From Macrostomum hystrix (lineage: Eukaryota > Animalia > Platyhelminthes), in the NCBI GenBank assembly GCA_950097015.1, contig CATNEN010000001.1, forward strand, positions 22,444,001 to 22,508,000: DNA of 64,000 nucleotides, given 5' to 3'. The notes under the pieces are model-generated. The model saw nothing but the letters and a program-made list of their open reading frames with translations, ran no database searches and was not told the origin of the DNA. A program made the position numbers and the translations under genes. Of the stretch, positions 12,707-24,104 are shown piece after piece (within the stretch, counting starts at the first letter, position 1; each line of letters begins with the position of its first letter).

Positions 12707-14285
12707 AACTCTGCTGAGGTTTCTATTATCCACTGGCTTAACACACTAATGGTAGCCAATCACTTAGCACAAGCGGTCTCCTTCTAATGCTTTATTACTG
12801 GTATAATGCTCTCAGTCTCCAGGGCTCTCTTGGACTGGAGGACCACAGCCTCAACGTCAAGAAAAAAGGAAAACTTAGAACAACAATTCCTAATTTATGC
12901 CTTTAACAAAAAAGTTAATCTGCTTCGAAAGCTTTACTCAGCTCTAAGCTGGTGAATGGTTGTCTTTTTCTGGGCTCCATGTCACTCAATTTTATTTATA
13001 TAAAAAATATGGACACTGCTTAATCATCACACATAAAATTTAATATTTTTATTTAAGATTTAAGATATTAAATATTAAGCATTATTATATTTAAAAATAA
13101 TAGAAATTGAATATCATGCAAGGATTATTTCAGTAAAACATTATATAGATGTAGGCATAATATTAATAAAGAAATGAAATATATTTAATTCATTAATTCA
13201 TTATAGAAATGAACTAACAACAATATTTAACCAATATAAAATGTAAAAAATTAATGTATTAATAAAGTATTAATTATATTATTTAAAATTAAAGTTTTTG
13301 AAATAATGGCAATGCATTTAATAAATATTTACTCATTTTGCTTATTTGGAGTCGTTCACAATATACATATTTTAGTGTATTATACATTATACAATGCATA
13401 TCACAAAGACACAAACAATCAAACTATTCTATATAAATTTTAATTAGTAAGCTAGCCAACAGAACTCGATTTTATTAAGGCAAACTCGACCTTAAGGCAA
13501 CCAGCGAACGAATGCACATAAGTCTGTAGAAGACAAAAAATATGTGATAGTTTTTGTAATCGAGACTCGTAGTCAATTGAACCCGTGGACTAATACTGAA
13601 ACTCATTGTCGCAAATCTTGGAAAGTATTGAAATCAAAAATGGCTATTTTTGTTAATTATAAATAGCTAAAACAAAATATTATAAGTAAGGCCAATGTCT
13701 TTATAATTAATTGTTCATTCAGACAGGGTTTTTTAATTTTAATATATTTCTTTGATAAATTATAAAGGCAAAATGGCTTGGTAGTCCTTCTGTTTAGGAG
13801 GCGAATATTAAAACCATTTTTTGTGCTACGATCGAAATCGATTAAAAAACGGCCCAACCCCAGGATTAATTGGGGCGGAGTCGCGGACTGACAAGATAGA
13901 TTGGGGTGAACTAAGAGATGGAATTGGGGTGGACTGACAGGATCGATCGGGCGCGGGCTGACAGATGCATGGAACGATGCGAATTAAAGGTCCAGTGAAA
14001 TTGGCTTTTTTCATTGGATGGCGATGTCACTCTGTGCTCGTAGCTTCCAGTAGAAGTTTCCATAGTTTAAATTACCTTTTTCCATCGCCCTCTTAACCCA
14101 GTTTTGTCGCATTACCCTCATAAATGTTGACCCTATTGTTTGAGCAATGGACAACCAATGAGAAGTTTTAAATTTCAAAGAAACACCCACTCTCTCAGAG
14201 TTTAAATAAACTTCTAGACCTCATTTTTGCGTATTGAAAACGACAAATTTTCTGCTTTCAAATTGAAACCAAACAAAGTCCACCC

Positions 14286-16733
14286 ATGGGATCCTGTTCC
14301 ACAGCGAAATGCAGCCTCATCCACTCCAGAATGTGGCACACGGCAGTATCAGAGCTTCTCGGCACATTCCTCCTCGTGTCCCTGGGCTTGTCAGCCGCAG
14401 CCACCGCGGCCGTGTCAGCCCCGGCGACCGCCCAGCTGGGCTCCGGACTCGCCCTCATTGTGGCTCTCTACGTTAGCATGGGCGCATCCGGCGGGCATAT
14501 CAACCCCGCCGTGTCAACCGCCCTGTTCGTTGTCAAGCGCATGCCGCTGGCGGACTTTCTGGTGTACCAGGCAGCCCAGTACACTGGCGGCCTCCTGGCA
14601 GCTGCTCTGGTCTGCTGTTTCTTCTACCCGCCTCTGCTGGACTTTGCCGGCGCTGATCCAGCTGCCTCTGGCGATGCTGCCAACATCAGCAGCATTGTCG
14701 CGGCGAACTCCGCCACTGCCGATATGGAGAACATCTACGTGACCCACGCTCACCAGAGTGTGTCTGTGTGGCGGGCGCTGACCAGCGAGGTGAATAATTG
14801 TCGCCCTCCCTCAGAATAAAAAGAATAATATAATAACAATTGCAGGAGGGCTGCGAGCACTGGCACATCATATGGTGACACTAGACCCGCAGCCAGCAAG
14901 GAGGCAATTCTGCCCATTTTGCTGAATCCTGAATACACGCGCACACAGATACCGTACGCAGACACACACTCACACAGGTGTGTACATCTGTCCTGACTTC
15001 TATCGACAGGCATTGCACACTCTCACTGTGCCTTTGAGGTTGGCCCTCAAAGGAAGAAAATTGCACGACAAGCCCCCAAGCCTTCTCTCCGCAGCTGCGC
15101 CCCAAATGAATGTGGCCTCGCCGCGAAATCGAGCTTCGGGATATTGACACGACAGGCAAACGCGTTAACCGCTCTGCCACCGACCCCTCTAGCGATTCGA
15201 GCTCTAATGAGCTCTAATGCTAACTTCTTTAATTTTAATTAATTTAATTCTATTTATTGTGAAACTTTGCCCCCCCCCAGCCACGTTGGCAGCTAAAGTA
15301 TGAGAAAAACAAAAAACAACAGGGGCAGCCGATGTACTCACAAACAACAACGCAGCTTCTTCAACCGGAGCACATGCTTATTACTAAAAATGTAGCAAAC
15401 TTTAGCAACTGGTCAGTAAATAGTAGTTTTCTGTGAGCCTTCGTTGCTCTCTGGAAGCAAATAGAATGGTAGGTCTTTTGCCCTACGGAAATTTCCACTC
15501 TGTTTGTGTGCTTAAGTGAGGTGCGATAGAATTCTCAAATTACAATGGACTCAGTCGAGGACAGTTGCAACAAAGTGCTGCTAATTGAAGTGGAAAATTA
15601 CACTCGAGAATAGTATTTATTTTCATCAAGATTGTCATGCACATAATATTCAATAAGTAAAACATTTTATGACATGAAAGGAAGCTCAAATAGAACATTG
15701 ACAGCAGTGATGAACTTATCAGTGATTCTGTCACTCCCGTCAATAAACTCTTAACAATCAGCCAGTCACCCTCATCAAACGCTTTGTCACTCCTAACAAT
15801 CACCCAGCCACCCTCATCAATTAACTCTCATCAATTAACTCTCATCAATTAACTCTCATCAATTAACTCTCATCAATTAACTCTCATCAATTAACTCTCA
15901 TCAATTAACTCTCATCAATTAACTCTCATCAATTAACTCTCATCAATTAACTCTCATCAATTAACTCTCATCAATTAACTCTCATCAATTAACTCTCATC
16001 AATTAACTCTCATCAATTAACTCTCATCAATTAACTCTCATCAATTAACTCTCATCAATTAACTCTCATCAATTAACTCTCATCAATTAACTCTCATCAA
16101 TTAACTCTCATCAATCAACTCCCATCAACCGCTGTCACTCTCAAACAGGTGTTCGCCACCGGCTCCTTCATCCTGGCTGTTCGTGGCATCACTGACAGCC
16201 GCAACGCCGGGCCGCCGATGCACCTGCAGCCGCCGATGATTGCTGCCGTTGTTCTGGCTCTCACCCAGTGCACCGCGCCACTATCCGGCTGCGCGCTGAA
16301 TCCGGCACGCGACCTGCCCTCCCGGGTTGTCGTGGCCGTCTTTCAACTGGTGGCCGACGGCGCCACCACAGGCCTGTTCAGCCTGGGAGGAAACTCCGGC
16401 TTCGTTGCGCCCCTTCTCGGCCCCTACCTGGGTGCGACAATTGGCTCCTGGCTGTACGAGCTCTGCATCGCCAGAGGACTGCCAGCTGCCAGCAACTCCT
16501 TAGCTGACGACGTTGAAGAAGACGAAAATTATGACGACGAGTTTAGCGACGAAACTCGGAATAAGAGCGAAGATCCCTTCAATGCAGCAGACGCGGTTGA
16601 AAAGGGTCCTCGAAGAACGCATCGGCAGCAGCGCAAGCCACGTCGTAGAATGATGACTCGAGACACCGACCTCAGCCTGCTCAGCTCCGGTGGCAAGAGT
16701 CGCGATGTCAGCGTGTCGCTTTACAACGCCTGA
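14286..16733 (+). CDS. Aquaglyceroporin (MIP family, GlpF/AQP3-7-9-10 type); exons 14286-14789 and 16149-16733, about 362 aa
   Basis: SELLGTFLL, SGGHINPAVS, YQAAQYTGG and second motif GCALNPARD (D after NPAR is the glyceroporin signature); phase-0 GT-AG intron. Confidence 0.92.
14822..15189 (-). mobile_element. tRNA-derived SINE, family A copy 2 (aquaporin intron)
   Basis: GGGGTCGGTGGCAGAGCGG head and CTCCTGCAATT..(TAT) tail on the minus strand; homologous to the other copies. Confidence 0.78.
15813..16118. repeat. 14-bp near-perfect minisatellite (CTCATCAATTAACT)n
   Basis: About 21 identical copies before the aquaporin exon 2 acceptor. Confidence 0.97.
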
Positions 16734-17325
16734 GACGACTTAAGACTGGAGTGAAGCTAGACTAAAAAATTATAAAGTTATTGTTTAAGTAGACCAATAA
16801 GCTGAGGGTTAACGAAAGTACTTTAACCTGATGGTATTCAAACCGGAAGTGCTTTTAAACTACAGTCTATGGCTTCAAGGAAGCTCTATGCCGCCAAACT
16901 ACAAGCAGACTCGCTATTTTCAAAAATCCAAATCTCTCTTCTTTAATTTTCACTGGTGGCCGCTAGCCTCACCGACTCACTCGTGCTGTTCCAGACAATA
17001 ATCTTGTGAGTGTAGTATTTTGCTCTGGTTGTGTTGCAACTGCTCCAGATGCAGTAGCCAGGTTAATTGTCTAAGGGAAGCACAATAGATTCAATAGTTT
17101 GCTTGTGTACAAGTATCAAACTAGGTTTTAATTATAAAAATTTGAATTCGAGAAGAAAAAATAATAAAACCAATGCGATTTTTTCGTCTAATTTGAGTCA
17201 CAAATCCCTTTTTTATACTATGAAGTAGTATATTCAGAACATCCGAGTTTATTCAAAAAACAACCTTTTGTATTAAAATCTGACTTAAAATCTGAGTAGT
17301 GATAATGTGGGTAATGCGGGTCTGT

Positions 17326-18090
17326 CATTACCCACAGAACTACCATTACCCACAGAAGTATTCATTACCCACAGAAGTACTTTTACCTAATGAAGTACCA
17401 TTACCCACAGAACTATTATCACCCACAGAACTCATTACCCACAGAAGTATTCATTACCCATAAAACTATGATTACCCACAGAAGTATCGTTACCCACAGA
17501 AGTATTTATCACCCACAGAACTACAATTACCCACAGAACGATGATTACCCACAGAAGTATTCATTACCCACTCATAGAACTTTAATTACCCGCAGAACTA
17601 TGATTACCCACAGAAATATCGTTACCCACAGAAGTAGTCATTACCCACTCATAGAACTTTAATTACCCGCAGAACTATGATTACCCACAGAAGTATCGTT
17701 ACCCACAGAAGTAGTCATTACCCACTCATAGAACTATCATTACCCACAGAACTATGATTACCCACTCATAGAACTACCATTACCCATAGAACTATGATTA
17801 CCCACAGAAGTATCCTTACCCACGAAGTATTTATTACCTACAGAAGTATCATTACCCACGCAAGTACCATTACCCACAAAACTACCAGTACCCACAATGA
17901 AGTACCCACAAGGAAGTACCAATGAAGTATTCATTACCCAGAACTATGATTACCCATAGAAGTATCGTTACCCACATAACTATGATTACCCAAAGAACTA
18001 CAATTATCCAAAGAACTACAATTACCCACAGAAGTATTTATTTCCCCCGCAAAGTACCAATACCCACAGATGTACAATTACATACAGAAG
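17326..18090. repeat. ~19-bp degenerate minisatellite (ATTACCCACAGAA core)
   Basis: Tandem degenerate copies. Confidence 0.9.
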
Positions 18091-18717
18091 AATCTTTGCC
18101 CAAACATGTAATAATTAACCTAAGAATTATATAGTGAAAGGACTCAAGATTTCCATGTAACCTATCTAAAATGCTTTAGAGGGCATGAAATGCAGACTCG
18201 GAGAGTGAAAACTCATTGAGCAGTACTCTAACAGAAAAAGTAGCACGTAAACTTTTTGGTTTTAACAATCGTCTGTGCCGACGCATATAAAGTAAAGCTT
18301 GCTAAAAATATACAATGAATGGCGGCGATGGCGCATGTGTTGTGGTGGGTGCCATAAAGTGGCCCTAAGGGCTGAGACCAGGCCGGAGCGATCCAGTTTC
18401 CTCCAAAGCGTACTTTGTTATTCTTTGCACTTTCCGCGCAGAAATCGTGTTATTATTCTTACCTGCCGGTTCTACCCTACCCAGAGTTCTGGCAATCAAT
18501 TAACTTATTTTTCGAGCGAAGCCGTGTTGCCACCCAGCATTGGGAAGATTGCCGTGACAGCATTTTCTGTACCTGCCTTCGCTGGCGTTCTTTAAGAAAG
18601 TGCACTTCAGGATGTAGCTTTTTTTCTCTTAGCCCTCTGGAAGCGTTCAACAGAGGGCTGAATGGATTCCTATTTTAGTCAGAATTAGTTTTTTATCAAA
18701 GTCCAAGTCATCATTTA

Positions 18718-19045
18718 GGGGGGTCGGTGGCAGAGCGGATAACGCGTTTGCCTCTCGCACCATGGTTCGATTCCGCGGCGAGGCCACATTCATTTGGGGC
18801 GCAGCTGCGTAGAAAAGGCTTGGGGGCTTGTAGTGCAATTTACGCCCTTGAGGGCCAACCTCCAAGGCACAGTGAGGGTGTACACTGCCTGACGATGAGA
18901 AAGTGCCTGCGCACGGTATCTGTGTGTGTGCGTGTGATCATGAGTCAGCGAAATGGGCGGAATTGCCTCCCTGCTGGCTTCGGGTCCACCGTCACCACAT
19001 GATGTGCCATTGCCCGCAACCCTCCTGCAATTATTATTATTATTA
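18718..19045 (+). mobile_element. tRNA-derived SINE, family A copy 3
   Basis: A box TGGCAGAGCGG, B box GGTTCGATTCC, shared body, (ATT)n tail. Confidence 0.8.
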
Positions 19046-19283
19046 ATTCATAATCTAAGCAACAATTCGCTGAGTTACAATCACAACTAGACGCTATACT
19101 ATGGAGTAAGCAATGAGATGCATTTACAATGGTAACATGTAAAATACACGGAACACTGGGCCAGGCAGTCCAACTTGTGACCAGAGCAATGGAACTGTTG
19201 GGGTTACTGAAAATAGCTTGGCTCTGCTTATCGCACTCCAGCCACAAGCTAGTGACATGGGCAGTGACATTTGGCCTGCCCCG

Positions 19284-19667
19284 TCACACAGGTGACGGCT
19301 CGCCACTCGGCCCTGGCGCCAGATCGGCACCCAAAGGTCGCCTAAGGTCATGCTCTGAGCAGAACTGATCGCAGCTTGAGAAGCCGGAGAGTCCGTCATC
19401 ATCAGGAATTAGTTCAACGACCGTTGCAGACTGCGGCACGTTCTGGGCCATGGCCTTCTTTGGAGCCCGGTCGAGTCCGAGCCAGCTGAGGCACAGCAGC
19501 AGCAGGATGAGCAGCACGGACGCCATGGAGACCGCGATCCAGGCGCCCGAGTCCGGAGCTCCGTACATCCGGCCGAGGTCCAGCATGGACGGCTGTCCAG
19601 TGGATGCAGGACCGTCGGGACTGGTAGAGCTCATTGTTGCTAACATCTGTTGCTGCTGGTGATTCAT
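19284..19667 (-). CDS. Small single-pass membrane protein (127 aa), unknown function
   Basis: GC-rich ORF with one hydrophobic segment (AWIAVSMASVLLILLLLCLSWLGL); TTTGTTTCAG acceptor about 30 nt upstream of the ATG. Confidence 0.5.
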   Translation of the reverse strand: MNHQQQQMLATMSSTSPDGPASTGQPSMLDLGRMYGAPDSGAWIAVSMASVLLILLLLCLSWLGLDRAPKKAMAQNVPQSATVVELIPDDDGLSGFSSCDQFCSEHDLRRPLGADLAPGPSGEPSPV

Positions 19668-21122
19668 CTTCCCAAATAGCTTTGGCTTCTATAGACAACT
19701 GAAACAAACTGGCCTTTAGAGGCCAGAGTTGAATGAGCAGTTAGCAAAGAATTTCTGACAAGATGAGATGACTAAGCCTTCTTTTATATGCGGGGCCTCG
19801 ACTTCTCTAAGCTTGTACAAGGTTCGAAATGCTAAATTCGCATTGAACTCAGGTCAAGCTTTCTTTAGTCTCAGAAGACATTGTATGCGGCTAACATACT
19901 GTATAAACAATGACACAGCCTACCCCACAGTAGCCTCTGCATGACATTGCAGCTGAGCACGACAAAAACCCGTCTGCGCCACGAACTACCTGCAGCCAGG
20001 CCCCACCCCCAGCCGACTGCGGTTCTCATTGTGAAGCTCCAGATAAAACCGGTCCAATCTTGCTTTGTCTCCGTACCCCCCTCCACTTCCCGCCGACTCA
20101 CCTACGAGGAAACCCGCGACAATATGGACAGCGAGTAAGAAAAACTTAGTGAAGCCTATCAAACAGGCGTACAGAAATGCCCTTTCCGCCAAATGCTGGG
20201 CACTGTACACTAATAAGCGAGTAGATTCTCCTCCACTGCGTACTCAGGCCTCCCATCTCGCTCCGCTCTCTCTAGCAGCCAGTGTCCCAGAGCTGGATTC
20301 AACCGCCCACTTCCGCATTTCGCTGCCCTGTTTAAAGGAACTGGCAGCCACTCCACTCCGCTTGCGGGTCCTTTGAACTTTGCCCCAAAACTGCAGGCCG
20401 AAACGGGGCGAACTGTGTCCTCATTTTTCAGCTCTTTGCACACAGCAAATGCACCAGTTTGAACCTGAGATGCCGGGGGTTCATTGGAGCGAAGCTAGCT
20501 GTCTTCAGATAAATCTTATGAAAGAAGACACGATTTTGCTCGCAGAGACTCTGATTATATTTTCATAATTTTTGTTATTCACAAACTATAGACAGACTTC
20601 AGGCAGATAGAAAGTTAAATTCAAGTACAGAAAGGTACAGGAAGGGACAGTTGAAAGAAAGGGTAGAGAGCAATTATAGCATGCCTCTATGGACAGGTAA
20701 GACATTTACACAGGAGAAGAAATATTCTTCATTTCATACTAGTACTCGCAAAATGGCGCAGTTTCGAGCAGGTAGCAGCGCAGTGGATGCGCAAAATACA
20801 ATGTACGAGTTGCATCTATCAGAAAGTATTGGGTCCGTGTCAAAACAATTTGCTTGCATTTCTTCTTGCCAGGAAGCGAATTAGCGAATTTGAAGAGGTA
20901 AAAATATGAATTAAATCTCCTATAGACCCAGGGGAAGCTGCAGCACATTGCAATAAGCTAAGGTGTAAAGTACAAAAGTTTACAATGGAACATCCAGGAT
21001 CTGTGGAGGCGTGCTGACTAGCCTTTACCACCAACCGAATCCCACAGAGCAAGCGATGAAACAATGGGAATGCCAGATTCTGGACCTAAAAAATTGTCAG
21101 TGGTCAGACTCAGTGGCACAGC

Positions 21123-22426
21123 TCAGGCCGGTTGAGACCTGGTCGACCCGCCTTCCACCAGGCAGAACTCGTGGTAGAAGCAATTCTTGTCGCTCTCGGA
21201 TAGGAACTGGAAGTCCTGGCTCTGCACGACGCTGCTGTACGAGAAGTGGCGCTGGATAGAGCGCATCACGGCCAGCTGCAGCTGCGGCTCGTGCAGGTGA
21301 CGATTGCAGGTGAGCCACAGGCTGACCAGGTCCCCGGCGCCCCAGGTGATGCGAGTGTGCGCGGCTGCAACAGTTGAAGTTGACATCGACCCCGTGGAAC
21401 CGGTTATCTTCGCTGCCGCATCCATCTGTGGGTTTTCAAGTGACGTGTTATATTTTAGAATCAATGTATTGCCCACGTGAAGCCAGGATAGGTGAGTGAC
21501 TAATCAGTTGAAATTCTTACCTGCAGGCAGTGATTGATGAAGCGGCTGCACTGCAGCAGTACGGTCGGCACTCCGTACTGATCAGCGATACGGGCCAGCA
21601 TGCGGAAGGTCTCAAAGCGAGCGATGCTGAAGGCCTGGTGAGACTGCAGGTAGAACAGGAAGCGCTTCATCTCGGACGCGTACTCGGCGTCGCAGTGGAT
21701 GGCGGCGCCTCTGTCTGCATCGAAGTTCCACAGCGTTGACGTCAGCAGCACCCGGCAGTAGTCCGAGTGCGTCAGAAGCAGCAGCCGCGGCGCTCGCACC
21801 GAACCGTCGCGGCATCGCAGCGTCACCCAGGTTGCCTCATCGATGACGGCATTTTCATTGCCTTCAACTTCTTCGTCCTCGTCCCCGTAGCCGTTGCCGG
21901 GCACACCGTCGAATGCGGCCACCGGCGGCGGCTTCAGGAAGGCCGGCGACGTGTCTGTAATGCGCAGCAGGAAGCAGAACTCCACCACCGACGAGTCCAA
22001 ATTCACAGGCGCGCCGCTGGACTGGGCTTCGTCTTCGAGATCGGCTCGAGTGAGGCAGGCCGGCAGGGTGACAATGTCTCTGCCGGTGGCCCAGACTGCT
22101 GGCTCGGACAGCGCGCGGCAGCTGACCAGACGGCCATCGAGCTCCACGCAGCACGTCAGGCGACCCCGGACTTCATAGTCGCAGCAGATATCCAAGGCAC
22201 GCAGGCAGAGGACAATGTGCAGAGAGTCGCCTTCGGCCAGCGCCAACATGCCGCAGCCTATCGACGCGAACTCCAGACCGTCCACGCGAGACAGCGGCTT
22301 AGTTTTGACGGCACCCTCGCTGGCAGCTTGCAAGAGGTCGAGAAGTTCCCGTCTGGTCATGCGGGCTGTCAGGCCGTATCGGAGCCTGTCATCCTCGCTC
22401 GGTGGCGGAGCCGGGTCAGTGCGCAT
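21123..22426 (-). CDS. BTB/POZ-domain protein with a possible divergent MATH-like N-terminal region; exons 22426-21521 and 21425-21123
   Basis: WVTLRCRDGSVRAPRLLLLTHSDYCRVLL...EMKRFLFYL...IADQYGVPTVLLQCSRFI is a BTB pattern; CAG|GTAAG donor and CACAG acceptor in phase 0; start codon uncertain. Confidence 0.75.
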
Positions 22427-24104
22427 GCTGACTGAAGCTGACTGTGCTTGTCGGGTTTCTGGAGTTAAAGTTGGGATTGTTTCTATTCTGTTTCTCAGCC
22501 GAAATCGTGCAGCCTTTTTATGTAGCTGCCCGTCTGGCGCAGAAGGGAGGGAGGGTTGGAGGGTCTGAGGACGTCTGTGAGTGGCTGGGAGGCTCTGGGG
22601 GGGGTCGCCACACCAGCAAGCGTACAGGGAAATCGCTGTCGTGGCTATTGCAGTCGCACGCGCATTGTGAAGGCTCGCTCGCTCCAGGGGTTCGTTTTGC
22701 GCTCGAGTCCGGAGACAGCCAGCACCCGATAGACCTGAGAAGACCTCGTTTTTGGCATTTTTCTTTTCCTCCGACTTTCCGCAGGTTTCGGCTGTGTAAG
22801 TTTTATGCTTGCAATGGCATGCAGCCATTGTTCACTCAGCATCTAGATGGCTCGCAATGCGATACTCGAGTGAGTCTGGACTCAGGAATGCTAAGTAGCC
22901 GTCGGGTGGGCCCGTGGGTGATAACACGAACTTAGCAACAGGAGACTGTACTCCTTCATCGTCAAGTTCGCCCGTTAAACATGCTATTTTTAGGAGCATG
23001 TTGAGAGCGAGTTCTCTGCCTCTCCCAGATTTGTGAAGCACCTTTGTCATCTGCACAGGTAGTAAACACGAATCGCACACACCAGATGGTGCGCACAAGG
23101 CGTCCCTTTGGTTCATCCACAGTTTCATAGTTGCAGTTTTATAAGTGTACACGTGGCACGGCATGGCCATGCTGGAAGACAGAAGTTTCACATACTCTGC
23201 CTATTAGCAATTCAAATGTCAAGTCAATAGAAAATAAAACAAAGTGTTTACAGGCGAGCCTGTAAATGCAACTGGTTGTTTTGTGCGATGTGAAGCCGGT
23301 GATGTCAGACCAGCTAGAGACTAAACAATGATGAGATGTACTTTAGGACTTCACCAAATAAGCAGCATGCAGTGTCAGGGTGGCACAGTTCATAGCAAAA
23401 TAACTATAGAGGTAAACATTATGTTTTCAAATCCAATGCAAATTTTTTAATTGCTGCTTTATCTTATTTTTTTGTTCGAAAGCTGGTTGTCTGAAAAAAG
23501 TAACTTTTTTTCAAATCCAGGGTTTTCAAACAGTACAATCCGATTTGGTAAACAGCGTCTTTGAAATCAGTTTTGTCAGCGCATTCCTGAGTTGCACTTT
23601 GAGTCGATCTGGCTCAGTTTTACACTCCATGTGAAACAGGCTTGAGAACGATATATAGCGCGATAAACACTAGGCCAGCTCAGCAAATGCTCAAGAACTT
23701 GGCCCCATAACTTGGCAAGGGCATTCAGTATGAGGGGGGGGCTGGGCATGGTGGCCTTTGAGAAGTGCAAACTCCACTCCGCACTGACTGACAGGGGAAG
23801 GGAGGTGGGCAGTATAAACACGGCCAGCTCATGTGACTGAAGGCACGCTGACCGGCATCCAGAACATGAGATCGGTGTACTCTTGCTCATTTCCCATTTG
23901 ATTCCACCGCACGCAGTTAAGAAAATCTCAATTCATTTTCTTTCCTTCCCATTTCATTTGTCTTCACATTCACTCGCTTGTAGACTGAATTAAAATCGAA
24001 AACATGAATCTTACATTTTGCTCTTTCCTGTCTCTGCGACTGTGACTATACAAATAACTTATTTAACAGCTGCTAATCTGCTGATCTTCAGCTCAACTTG
24101 TATA

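Noticed and set aside
22832-23890. Cys-containing minus-strand ORF pieces as a gene or transposase
   Set aside because: Fragmentary, no recognisable motif, and no consistent splice model found
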